Shown piece by piece: positions 50,014-60,758 of a stretch of DNA of 64,000 nt. Positions within the stretch are counted from its first letter, which is position 1, and each line of letters begins with the position of its first letter. The position numbers and the translations under genes were made by a program. This DNA comes from Schizochytrium sp. TIO01 (lineage: Eukaryota; Protista; Bigyra: Labyrinthulomycetes): the NCBI GenBank assembly GCA_004764695.1, contig SMSO01000006.1, forward strand, positions 1,131,859-1,195,858, read 5' to 3'. Under the pieces are notes generated by a model. That model saw only the letters and a list, made by a program, of their open reading frames with translations, ran no database searches and was not told the DNA's origin.

Positions 50014-50863
50014 GGTGGCAAGAAAGTTGGCGCGTCTCCTCTCGCGTCTGCGGTGGGTCGTGTTCTGCCGCTCTTCGCTGCCTCTCGTTCAAGTTCCCTC
50101 TATTCCCCTCTTTCGCTATTCCCGCTGTTCCCCTATGTTGTCCCTCTCATCCATTAAAGGTCCCTGTGTTCCCCTCAGAAGGCGTGGAGGGGTGGCCAAG
50201 AGATACTGCGGCGCTGAGATGCGCCGGAACTATGGTAGACCCAACCCTGGTGTGGAAGAAGTGGATGCGGGGACGGGGTGTGTGAAAACTTGGGAGGTGT
50301 GTAGTAGGTTATGGGGAACCGGGGACTGATTTGGGGATCTTGGAGTGGTTTCAATAACGGGTTACAGGGAAGGAGGTTAGCGTTGTGATGGGGATCTGCC
50401 GCACGAGCAGCTCAGTGCCCAAGGGCTTCAACCTTCAAACAACCTTCAAGTCAGTGAATAGATTGCTAGGGAGGGAATAAGTGTACTATAGATGTGTCTG
50501 TATCAAAGATGAGTTCACGTGTCAGGAAGGTTTACTGAAATTCTGCGCCTGCCCATGTATGTATTTAAGGACTCGGAGGCCAAGATTGACATGGAATTGC
50601 TTGATATAATATATTTCTAAAAGTGAACAGGAAAAAAATAAGAAGATTGGAACGTATGGCAACATAAGGTGTAGAGGGAAATAAAAATCTAGAGAAGAAA
50701 TCCATGATTGTTTTTTTAATATTATTAAAATGAAAGGGAAAGGAGAGAAAGTTGCAAGAAGAGTTCTACCAAAAAAAAACAAAAATCATACAGCGCCGAG
50801 TTAGAAAACAAGAGAGGATACGGCCATGAAGATGAAGAAGGACAGAAACCAAACCTTACGCCT

Positions 50864-52820
50864 CTACTCGGCATAGTAAGACCGCTTCCAAACCTTGTAG
50901 TTGTCAGTCTTCTTCCAAACATAGTAGAAATCTATTACCTCACGGGTGTTCTTCGAACGGATCATCTTTTGGATAGCATGGAATTTCTTTCCATATGCAC
51001 AAATTCCTGCTTCAAAAATAGCGATTTCACGACTAGACCAAAGCTCCTCAACACGAGGCCTATACAAAGGGCTGACAAGAAGCCCAAGGGAGTTATGGTG
51101 CTGGATGCCCGCAAGGCGTACATCTGATTGTTTGGCGCGGCTCTTTTTGTTGCTCGCTTTTGGCTGAGACGACATCAGCAATGCCGATGTCCGTAGCTTC
51201 AGTGAAGGTCCATTTACGTCATTGGGATGAGCTGGAAACTTTTGTTTGTGCACAACTGTAAGAGTTTCGCTGAGATCTGCCTGGGGGTCCTTGGGATTTT
51301 CTGGGCGGGGCTTGATACTTGAGAAGAGTGTGGGCGAACATGGTCGCTGAAATTTACGTGGGATGTTGCTAGTAGAGTTGCTGTTCGACTCCCCACGCCT
51401 CCGCTTTGAGCTCGTTGTATTCTGTTGTTGATCAGGTCCCTCATAGAGTACCTGCGGGATACATGTTTCGCATTGAGCAGGAGTACCAAGATTGTCAGTT
51501 AAGTCATCCTTACAGAAGCATTCTACGCATTACACATCGCGTAGCAAGACCTCCCCCTTCTCCAAAAATTTGCTTGCATCGACGAGCTTTCTCTATCCAT
51601 CTCTCACTTACGTCACGGAGTGCTAAGACTTCTGACTTTTGCTGCAAGTTTTCGGGGACCTTAAGCAGCGGGTCCTGAGCCAGCCGCTTTAAGAAGTCTA
51701 AGCTTTCATCCACCGTTGGTCTGCGCCGCTTGCCATTCTTTGTCTGGTCGTCACCTGTCCTCATTCAATTAAGAAAAGTGTTCGCGACAAGCAAGAAGAC
51801 CGACCGTACGTACGGATAGATGCATACATGCGTGCCACCGTCGTCAACACTTAACTCTCGTCAGTCATCTGCGTGGTCCTGCATCCTACACTCAATAATT
51901 CCAACCCATAACACTGCTTCACCCGGGTCCTTGCACCTGGAAACCCCTTGCTCAAGCCCACAGGCTTCACGAGCTTCATCTTCAAGCTTTTCCGCGAACG
52001 AAGATGTCCTTTCTCCACCATCAATCATATCATCTTGGTCGAAACCTTTCCTGACTACCATAGTCCTCTAAAAAAAACTTACGGCCAGAGGCTCCGTCAG
52101 ACGTCATCGTAGCCAAATCGAGCTGCTTTGGGGCTCTCTCGGCAGCTAAATTGCTCCTCGGAGAGCGAGAAGCCGGAGGGACTCGGGTCTGCCAAGGCCA
52201 GGACAAGGGGATGGGTAGGTAAGTAATCTAAGGGAACAAACAGTCATCCTCCTGAAGATAGATAGCATATTAGTATACATACCTCCGCTCGTGCAAGATA
52301 GCATACTAGTATGCGTATTCAGGACTGTTGAGAGCGTAGGTGCCGAAGTTTGAGAAATGGGCGGTTTCCCATAGACAATTACATTTATCACTGGAGGTGC
52401 CCAAAATACCTACGCAGGCACTCTGACCGTTGCGCGGGCCCTGCTGCCTCTGTAGAAGTCCTGCGTTTTCTGCCGTGAATTGGCGGGTTCGTATTCGCGA
52501 TTGAGATCGTCTTGAAGCACTGCCGTGGTGACCAGCGATAAGCTGTACAAAAAGAAAAGCAACCCTTGCTACGGTCATATCGCAACCCCCAAAAGAACTC
52601 GCTCCCGTGCTACGTACCTGGAGACCTAAACTATGAGCTGCAGTCTTTCGTAAAGGAGGGGCTTCTGCTCCTCTTGTACTTCACTGCGCTCTGCTGTGCG
52701 CGTGCATCAAGGAACCGGGCAGATCCCGCCCGAGCGCCCTGTAAGAACCCGATGTTTGCCAAGCAAGCAAGCAAGTCATCCAAGTCTTCAAGGTCCGCAC
52801 CAACAGCAGGCATGGCCATG
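50864..52820 (-). CDS. Multi-exon SANT/Myb-domain chromatin protein (MIER/RERE/ELMSAN-type SANT at C-terminus); exon structure unresolved, possibly a pseudogene
   Basis: Last exon WSSREIAIFEAGICAYGKKFHAIQKMIRSKNTREVIDFYYVWKK is a clear SANT domain. Several GT-AG introns are visible upstream (about 52617-52543, 51827-51755, 51513-51452), but I could not build one stop-free model. Confidence 0.55.
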
Positions 52821-54345
52821 CCGCAGCACCGCGATCAATAACCAACATCATGTGCACGCCCTCCGCCAGCGTTGACAAGCGCGAGATGTCAGCCTTCGAA
52901 TTGCAAACCAGGCTGTGCCTTGAGCCTGTGGAGACGCATACTGCTGCAACACGTGCCGTCGAAGAAGCGCTCGAAGGCACATCCGTACGAGGCAGCCAAT
53001 ATCAGCCATCTCAGCCCAAGCCTCAGCCGAAGAGCACGAGCTGCTGAGCCTCCGTCCACGCCCATGGAGACCACCTCGTGGAAACCAATTGGCGCATCCG
53101 GACTTGGAAGCGGAGTCCCAGATCATGCCAACTTCAAGCGCAGCGACGACTCGTGCATAAGCTGCTGCGAAAAGCACGCCTTGTCCTTGTCCTCACGAGT
53201 GTGCCACGATAGCGAGCGCTGGTTGAGCAGCTGTCTGTCTGGGCAGGCAGGCATTGAGTTCATGGAATTCGATGATGGCCAGCGAGATGTAAGAGGCAGG
53301 CACTACGAAAGAGCGAGCCTCGCTGACCTCAGATCGGGTGGCCACGCATCGCTTGACCGGAAATTGCAGCTGGGTCACGACGACGCAGGCCTTGATGATA
53401 TTCTGGTAGACCCTCAGCTAGCTTGGACTCCGCCTTGGACCAGATCAGCGCAGACGGCAGCGATGTAAGCCCTGGTTTTGGATGATGGTGTTCCTTAATA
53501 ATTGATTTATATGCTCACTCAATATCTCTCGATTGTAATGTTGTATTCCTGCGTTTAGGGAAGGCGGGCCACTGATGCATTGAACGTGGTCTCGTAAGGG
53601 CTTGAGGCCATGCACAATGGTCGTTTGGCACACAAAGCTCGCAGGCTCGCGAAGTATTGTTCGACTCTTGATGATGATAGATTGATTCTTTCTATTCCAC
53701 GGTTGATTCTTTCGTTCTTTCTCACAAGTTCTTTCCATTGCTGATAAGGGTGTTAGTTCTATACACTACTATAGTTTACGCTAAGAGATAAGCAGTGGAG
53801 GCACTAAAAAATGAAAAAGTTGGTACCACTACCTACATAGCAAGAGCCTAGCGTAACGCAAAGGGCCGCGATCATTCAATCATCCCATTGCTGCTTCGCC
53901 TCGCCCAAATTGGCTTCGCTCGTCTCCTGAACCTTGACTGACAGCAACCTCTGGGCTCCGTGGAACTGGCCACGCAGAACGCCTCTGGTTACAGGCAGCA
54001 CCACCAGCTACGATCGCCTCGTGTGCTAAGAGCTCTGTTCTAGCTTCCTCTGGACCTCATCCTCAGGTTTCTCGCCTGCATCAGTGATACACCAAAAAGG
54101 CTAACCCCGGCGTTCGCAAAAGACTCCACTGGATTATTATTGGGTCATAATTGCTTCGAGCTGCTAGATTGTTTTTATTTCCACAGGTTATTTGCAAGTT
54201 TCAGACCAAGGTCGCTTGGGACTCGCTCAGGCGTGGCTTCTGTATCTCTCACCATAAACCATTTCCTACTGTATTCGCCAAAGTCGAATTCCATAGAGCT
54301 TGGCTGCTTTCGTGTCTCCTCTCTACCTTTGAGAGCTCTACCGAG

Positions 54346-55251
54346 ATGGTTCACAAAGTGGCTCGCGAACTGGCCTCTACATTATTTCCTCGACTAGAAC
54401 GTGGTCTTGCAGGCCGCGTAAGTGAGATGCGCGCGTGGGAAGAGGCACGTCTTTTGGCAGACTACTTACATGAGACCGGGCACACCTCTGATCGTGACGT
54501 AGGGGAAGTATTAAGGCGTAGGATTGAACTAGATGAGCCTGTGGCGTACATCACTAGCAAAGCCTTCTTTTGGACCTTGGACCTTCGTGTGAGTCGCGAT
54601 GTTCTCATTCCAAGGCCTTGTTCTGAGGTCCTTGTTGACACTGCAGTAAGCCATCTCCGCCAGACTACCGGGTCAACGAATTGTGAAACTAGTAGCAACG
54701 CAATTGTTGACCTTGGGACTGGCAGCGGTTGTCTGCTTCTTGCTACACTGAGCGAGTGCCGAAGAGCTGTTGGCGTGGGTGTTGACGTCTCAAAGGGTGC
54801 TCTTGCAGTTGCCAAAGACAATGCTCGCACCAATAAGCTTTCTGATAGGACTCGATTTCTACTCCACGACTTTACACAGGACTCGCTAGCAGATTCTTTG
54901 CTTGAGGCAATCACGCCTCACCACCCTGCACAGGTTTTACTTAGCAACCCGCCTTACATCCGCCAAGCTGAGATCCAAGACCTCGCGCCTGCTGTGAAGA
55001 AGTTTGAGCCCCATCTGGCGCTTGTTGGTGGTGAAGATGGTCTTGACTGCTATCGTGCCATCGCACGTCAGGTTGACCCTCTCCTTGAGGTTGGCATTCT
55101 CGATAAGGGTAGTGCGCTCATTCTTGAAGCTGGAGACACCCAGGCGGCCGACATCGCAGATATCATGAAGGGTCAAGTGCCAGCAAGCACAATTGATATC
55201 ATAAAGGACCTGGCAGGCTTTGACCGTTGTGTCAAGGTGACCTTGAAGTAA
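54346..55251 (+). CDS. HEMK1: Release-factor glutamine N5-methyltransferase (HemK/PrmC family)
   Basis: EPVAYI...FWTLDLRVSRDVLIPRP.SE.LV, VDLGTGSGCL, SNPPYI, FEPHLAL.GGEDGL, KDLAGFDR. First in-frame ATG at 54346; the true start may be in an upstream exon. Confidence 0.9.
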   Translation: MVHKVARELASTLFPRLERGLAGRVSEMRAWEEARLLADYLHETGHTSDRDVGEVLRRRIELDEPVAYITSKAFFWTLDLRVSRDVLIPRPCSEVLVDTAVSHLRQTTGSTNCETSSNAIVDLGTGSGCLLLATLSECRRAVGVGVDVSKGALAVAKDNARTNKLSDRTRFLLHDFTQDSLADSLLEAITPHHPAQVLLSNPPYIRQAEIQDLAPAVKKFEPHLALVGGEDGLDCYRAIARQVDPLLEVGILDKGSALILEAGDTQAADIADIMKGQVPASTIDIIKDLAGFDRCVKVTLK

Positions 55252-56109
55252 CGAGGATGCTCATTACCTGCTACACATACCTGGACTGTACAGATTATCG
55301 AACTCACCCCCCTGTGCACCTGGCGATAGTCTGCGAATAGCTAGTAATGCACCCACTTAACTTACGTGGGTGCTGATTTCCGCAAACTTTCTTGGTAATC
55401 TCTACATTGTTTCATCAAGGTTCTTTGATTGTCAGTTTACTTGCTAGCTGGCTCGCAAAGCCTGATGTATCTGTGCGAGCATTGGGAGACAAATCTGCCT
55501 TTCGTATTTACTCACAAATGTCCGATTTGCAAACGAGAATAAGGGAATTGAATTCGGCAAGTGGCAAGCTCTCAGCAGGAGCTGAGTAAGGCAGTGAGGC
55601 TTGTTGTTCAAACATCCGTACTATTTCACCCACTTACTTGCAGAGAATTCGCACTATAATATCCGCTGCGTACTCTTGAAATGAAAGGATACAGAATTCT
55701 TCAACGAGTACTATAGTGAATTCTTTGAGGGTATACACTTCATATTTTCTATGCTTGGAAAATGTTGCGATTAATCATGCTACACGCTAAAATAAAATAA
55801 GTAAACTAGTCTTTTATTTGCACAAAACATTACCTCATATATCCCTTTTTCCTTCAGTCAAAGTATCGATTTGCATATACGAGATTCGCAAGAATTGAAA
55901 TAGCAATTGGACCCGAAAGATTAAACGTTTTTTTAATGATAATTAATGATTTAGTTTACCTAGATGTAATAGAAAAGGTGAGCCGACCTCTTAGAGACAT
56001 TGACACCTAAGGTATCATCATTTGAAAGAAATTTAGATTGGTGCAATACATTATTTCAATGATTAAGTCAGCATATTTTACAAGAAGAAAAAATCAGAAA
56101 CATCAGTCG

Positions 56110-57540
56110 TTATGCAGACTTTGGGCGCAGACGTGCTAAATAGGCTTCAGCTGCATCTGCACGCTTCTTGGCCTCGAGGCGTCGGTTTAGTTCTGCACGT
56201 TTAGCACTAACCAAGCGCTCAGCCCGAATTCTCTGTTTTTGCATCCATGCTAGAGACTCCCGCACATTCTGTAGATCTTGAGTTAATGCTCGTGAGAACC
56301 GGGTATGACTTGCAAACTCAAAAGCGAGTTTATTGTAGACATCAAATTCTCCTTTGATCTCCTCTAAAAACCGATCAAGGAACACGGAATACTCTGGACG
56401 TCCACGTTGTTCTAGCTCTTCAGCATATTCATCAATGAGTACGTTTGCCAGATTGGCAACAATGTCAAGGCATGTGGCACGAGGTTTTACGAGCTTGAAC
56501 TCTGCTCTGCCTTCGGTTCGTCCTTGCTCAGACCCGTCTTCCTCATTCTCTTGTCTTCGCTTCTTTCTCGCGCGTCTGCGCTGTCTGCGCCCTTCACTTT
56601 CATGAGAGGAGTCTGACAAGTCAGACTCAGCCTCAGAGACGCTCGAATCGGATTCAGGCTCGAGGCGTCGCTGTTGTTTCTTGTGAACCTGGCTAAGTGG
56701 AGTGTATTTATTATTCTTACGTCCACGAAGTCCTGCTGATCTTGCTGGTGTTGATGTTCTGGAGTTTGCACCAGTGTCAGAGTCCAGATCCGAATCAGAG
56801 TCAGAGCCTCCATCTTCTTCACGTTGATTTGTTCGCTTAAACAATGGTCGTTTAATTTTCTTTTTAGTGGAAGACAAAAGCCACTCCGATTTGATATCAG
56901 CAGCTTCCTGCTGTTTACGCCGTCGTGGAGTTGTATCGACTGCGACCATTCCTGCCATCGAGTCTTCCATGTTGAAGTTTGTCATTGTAGCTGTTCTTGA
57001 CCCAATTTTGGATTTTTGTGGTGTTGCCCGCCGTCTCGGTGCCTCCAAGCTGTCCATGTCGCTCTCGGCCTCATCTTGATCGTCATCTTCAACTTGTCCT
57101 CCCTCGCCCGAGCTATTATCATTTGCCATAATGTCGTTCCCAGTATCATCGTCATCATTGGCGTCAACGTCTTCGCCATTCCCAAAATTTTCTTCATCGC
57201 TATCATGATCGTTGTTGTCATCTTGAAAAGGATCTTCACTACCGTTATCGTTTCCAATCTCGTTGTCTTCATCATCGTCATCGTCAAAATCAATATCTTG
57301 ACCATTCTCGGCCTGATTTAAACCAGCTTTGCGTGCGCTAGAGGCCGCCATGGAGGCGTCTGGATCATCTTCAAGGCCGCTCGCGAGAGACCGAATCTTT
57401 GCGCGGCGCCGCTGTCGACTCAGGTCATCAGGCCGTCGCTGTCGCGCCCTGCGCAGATTCGAGGTTGCATTGCGCCGCCGCGGTGCGAGCTCCTGTACAA
57501 ACGGCGTGGCAGCGCCGTTCGAACTGGGTTCATCAGCCAT
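56110..57540 (-). CDS. Acidic/basic low-complexity protein with C-terminal helical coiled-coil domain, CENP-U/Ame1-like (tentative)
   Basis: ATG at 57540 (MADEPSS); long disordered region followed by LDIVANLANVLIDEY...FLDRFLEEIKGEF...LQNVRESLAWMQKQRIR. Confidence 0.6.
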   Translation of the reverse strand: MADEPSSNGAATPFVQELAPRRRNATSNLRRARQRRPDDLSRQRRRAKIRSLASGLEDDPDASMAASSARKAGLNQAENGQDIDFDDDDDEDNEIGNDNGSEDPFQDDNNDHDSDEENFGNGEDVDANDDDDTGNDIMANDNSSGEGGQVEDDDQDEAESDMDSLEAPRRRATPQKSKIGSRTATMTNFNMEDSMAGMVAVDTTPRRRKQQEAADIKSEWLLSSTKKKIKRPLFKRTNQREEDGGSDSDSDLDSDTGANSRTSTPARSAGLRGRKNNKYTPLSQVHKKQQRRLEPESDSSVSEAESDLSDSSHESEGRRQRRRARKKRRQENEEDGSEQGRTEGRAEFKLVKPRATCLDIVANLANVLIDEYAEELEQRGRPEYSVFLDRFLEEIKGEFDVYNKLAFEFASHTRFSRALTQDLQNVRESLAWMQKQRIRAERLVSAKRAELNRRLEAKKRADAAEAYLARLRPKSA

Positions 57541-58322
57541 TGCAAATTGCTTAGATTCGTTTAGAGCGAAAATTCTATTCCAAACCTGCCGATGGGACCA
57601 GAAACTCCAAACCTCGATCGAGTTGATCGCGATTCGTTCTTGTTTTTCATTTATTGGGAAAAAGAGAAGTCTTACAAAATGTTGAATAACATTAATAATA
57701 TAACGACCAAATAGAGTCAATTAGAGTGGGACTAGGAAGGTAGTCTTGAGAACAGAAGTTCCTGAATTGGGGAGAAAGAGAAACGATGCTGATAAAGCGA
57801 AACACGCATGACTATGCCACATGTCTTCTATGGAATGTGGATAATATATGCAGCACCAGAAGACGCTATGCGTTTGATTTGATTTGATCTATTATCCTTT
57901 ACAAATGAGGCCCTTGTTATAATTCAAATTTGTATACTTCATTTAGAACAAAGGGACTTGAAACCCAAATGTCCGCGCGAAGAGAGGAATTCGTCGTCTT
58001 ATAACATAATGATTTCAACAGATGAAGTTGCTAAGCAACACACTCTTTGATTTTGTTATCTTGATTTGTTTTTCAATTTGTTTTATCTTACACATTTAAT
58101 AAGCAATAAGACTGTCCATGCCTTGACAGTTTGGATTATAGTGATTCTGCTACGCTAACTCCAAATTCTGGCGCTATATCATGAAGCACGCACAAGAGAA
58201 AGCCCATGTCTTTTGACTTATTGAAGGTATAATCGAATGAAAAGGATCAGCAGGAATTAAAAGTCCCTACCAACTTAAAGAAAAGCAAACGGATGTGTAA
58301 AACGATTCGAACAAAATGTCAT

Positions 58323-59777
58323 TTAATATGGGCTTGGGTTATTGTACGAATACTGCGTTGAGTGAGGCTGCTGCGGTTGCTGTGGCTGTTGGTATTGCTG
58401 CGAGTACGACGGATGTTGTACGCCCGGGGGTCCCTGCGCATACGTGGCCGAATAAGGCGCAGACGGCGCTGTACCATATGAAGAAGCAGCGCTACTACTG
58501 CCATGCACTGAAGTGGGGCTTGTGGAATACTGCTGGGCAGGAGAATTGTACATGTGTCCCGAACTTTGGCTAGCAGGAGCCGTGTAACTACTTGCCAGGT
58601 GTGACGAAGGGTATTGAGAGTAAGTCTGCGACGGGGTGGAGGCAGGAAGAGGCATCGTAGAAGTGGTGCTACTGGTGTTGTACAAAGATGTAATTGACTG
58701 AGGGTCAAAAGGAGGTGTCGGGGATGAAGGAGGAGGAGTATAGGTACTTGAAGGAGCAGCATAGCTATCAAAAGGGTTAGATCCGTTCGAAGATGAGTAC
58801 AGGTTGTCATAGGAATGACTCGGGGCTGATGAAGCCATCATCGAAGGAGATGTAGCTGAAGGAGTAGAAGAAGTCAGGTGCATGGAGCCCATAGTCGACG
58901 AAAGGTAATTCACATCAGAGCCAGCACCGTATGAAGCAGAAGCCGAGGGAGCACTGTAGTGTGAGGGAGGTGCTTGCGGTGCAGGAGTGCTGTAGTAAGA
59001 GTCATTTCCAAGATTTGAGCGTGTTGACGCGCTTGCAGCCCAGTTGAACTCTCCATTTGTAGGTACTGTAGCAGTTAAGGTGTTTGCTGACGCGGTTGTC
59101 GCAATGGAAGGACTGAAAGAAGGCTGCGATGAGCTCGCAAATGGGTCTTCTCCACCCCAACCAGAATATGAAGCTGCCACAGGGGCCGCAGCCTGAGCAA
59201 TTGCCTTACCAGTAGGCGCACCTGACTTTTTGCGCTGAGCTTGGAAATCTTTCCACAAGGCCTCTTCGTCGCCTTCGTCATCATCATCACTTGAGTCTCC
59301 ACGAGCAGAGGGTGCGGTCTTATCAGGTTTGTTACCAACGAAATCGTTAAAGCTCATGCGTTTCACATCGCTCGTATCTGCTGCACGCTCAGCATCGCGT
59401 TTGCTCCTGCGCATTTCCTCAAGCTGCTCGAGATTGATGCGTTGAAGGCGATGGAAGGGCACACCATCTACATTAAGATCATAAATGTAGCCCTCGAAAT
59501 GATCACGGATAAAGACCTCCAGAAGCCGACCCCCTGCTCGAAATTGATGATTAAAGTCACCAGTGAACATTTTCTTCTTGTGCAGAACAAGCTGATTGTT
59601 CAACTTAATCTCACGCTTACCACGCACCAAAGAGTGCTTGAGTTCAACCTCATTGGTTTTTAGATCCGGAAGGCACGCAAATTTCCACGTCACTTTAACC
59701 TTGGACCCTTTGACACGCTTGCCAACGTACTCCTTCTCCACGTAAAAGCCAAAAACATCTCCTGACCCACGGCTCAT
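58323..59777 (-). CDS. FAIM1-like beta-sandwich domain protein with S/P/Y/Q-rich tail
   Basis: VTWKF...EVELKHSLVRGKREIKLN...YIYDLNVDG resembles the FAIM repeat (W...IEFEHG..SGKR.V.VDG...Y.L.ING); tail contains DPF and NPF motifs. Confidence 0.7.
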   Translation of the reverse strand: MSRGSGDVFGFYVEKEYVGKRVKGSKVKVTWKFACLPDLKTNEVELKHSLVRGKREIKLNNQLVLHKKKMFTGDFNHQFRAGGRLLEVFIRDHFEGYIYDLNVDGVPFHRLQRINLEQLEEMRRSKRDAERAADTSDVKRMSFNDFVGNKPDKTAPSARGDSSDDDDEGDEEALWKDFQAQRKKSGAPTGKAIAQAAAPVAASYSGWGGEDPFASSSQPSFSPSIATTASANTLTATVPTNGEFNWAASASTRSNLGNDSYYSTPAPQAPPSHYSAPSASASYGAGSDVNYLSSTMGSMHLTSSTPSATSPSMMASSAPSHSYDNLYSSSNGSNPFDSYAAPSSTYTPPPSSPTPPFDPQSITSLYNTSSTTSTMPLPASTPSQTYSQYPSSHLASSYTAPASQSSGHMYNSPAQQYSTSPTSVHGSSSAASSYGTAPSAPYSATYAQGPPGVQHPSYSQQYQQPQQPQQPHSTQYSYNNPSPY

Positions 59778-60538
59778 GATGCCTTGAAGATTTGTCTACG
59801 CTAGCTACTAATGACAAAGATGTAGAGTTGTCGAAGATGCAGATATGCTCGAGGTCGCTGGCTAGCGACTTGGCTATCTACTTTTCTTCTTTGGATTAGC
59901 GCGCTCGCTTCTTCTCGTTTGCTAACCTGCTTCTTTTTTTTCTTTTTCTTTTTCTACCGATCTCCGCTGCCAGGCTGGTGCCTCGACGATATTCCTCGGT
60001 CTAGCAGGCCTCCTTCCGCAGAAGGTGATCTCCCGAGAGATGGAGTTTGTTCTGTGCTCGTCGATTGCGCGGCCTTTGGCTCCAGGCAGGCGCGGCGATG
60101 GACGATCCGAATTGAACGATCAGGCATTTGTAATCGTGCCTTTGTCTCCATCATCGTCATCCTTTAATCTTATTAGGAGCCTATGTTTTATTTCTATTTT
60201 GTAGTAATGTACAAACAACAAAGCGCTATTATTATAGCGGTACTTGTTCTCTTTTTCCTTTTCGTTTTCTTTCAAACTTAAAGATTATCGCTCATATCCC
60301 TGGCTAAATTCAAAATGTCCCGAATTATGTCCGCAAAATATTTTTGACTAAAATCGCCAGAAAACCCTGTAAAGATCTAAAATCGTAAATTTGATTGTAT
60401 GATCATGTTGAAACAACTGTTTCCCTAAACTGAGCACGATTTCTTTGCAGAAGCAAGCGTATTGAGCTCACGCTACTCGTCCAAAAATTGGCTCACAACC
60501 TCGATAAAACGGCCTAATAGGGCAAATAGGCCTTTAGA

Positions 60539-60565
60539 TTTTCAGGACGTAATACGTCCTGAAAA
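60539..60565. repeat. Perfect 13-bp inverted repeat TTTTCAGGACGTA-A-TACGTCCTGAAAA, candidate transposon (sub)terminal palindrome
   Basis: Direct reading; lies about 195 bp beyond the transposase stop codon. Confidence 0.85.
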
Positions 60566-60758
60566 ACTGAACTTTGCATTAGCGAAAACGTATAAGAGTT
60601 TGGGTATTTTGGTTAGTTTAATAGTTTAGTTAATATAAACAATAGTAGTTTATTTTTGCGTTGCTCAAGTCGGAGAAACATCTAAAGATGAAGATTTCGC
60701 GATAAATGAAGATTTTATATAAGCTAAATGTAATATTAATTTTTTGTGTGGATAATTT

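Noticed and set aside
52872-53468. 198-aa plus-strand ORF, and a TGA-rich minus frame suggesting stop readthrough
   Set aside because: TTG start and no domain. Other genes here use TGA as a normal stop and TGG for Trp, so there is no support for an alternative code.
8076-55251. Apparent clustering of translation/ribosome genes (MRPL43, RPL10, bL37-like, RPF2, RPL38, HemK)
   Set aside because: They are dispersed among unrelated genes on both strands; cannot be distinguished from chance without genome-wide statistics.
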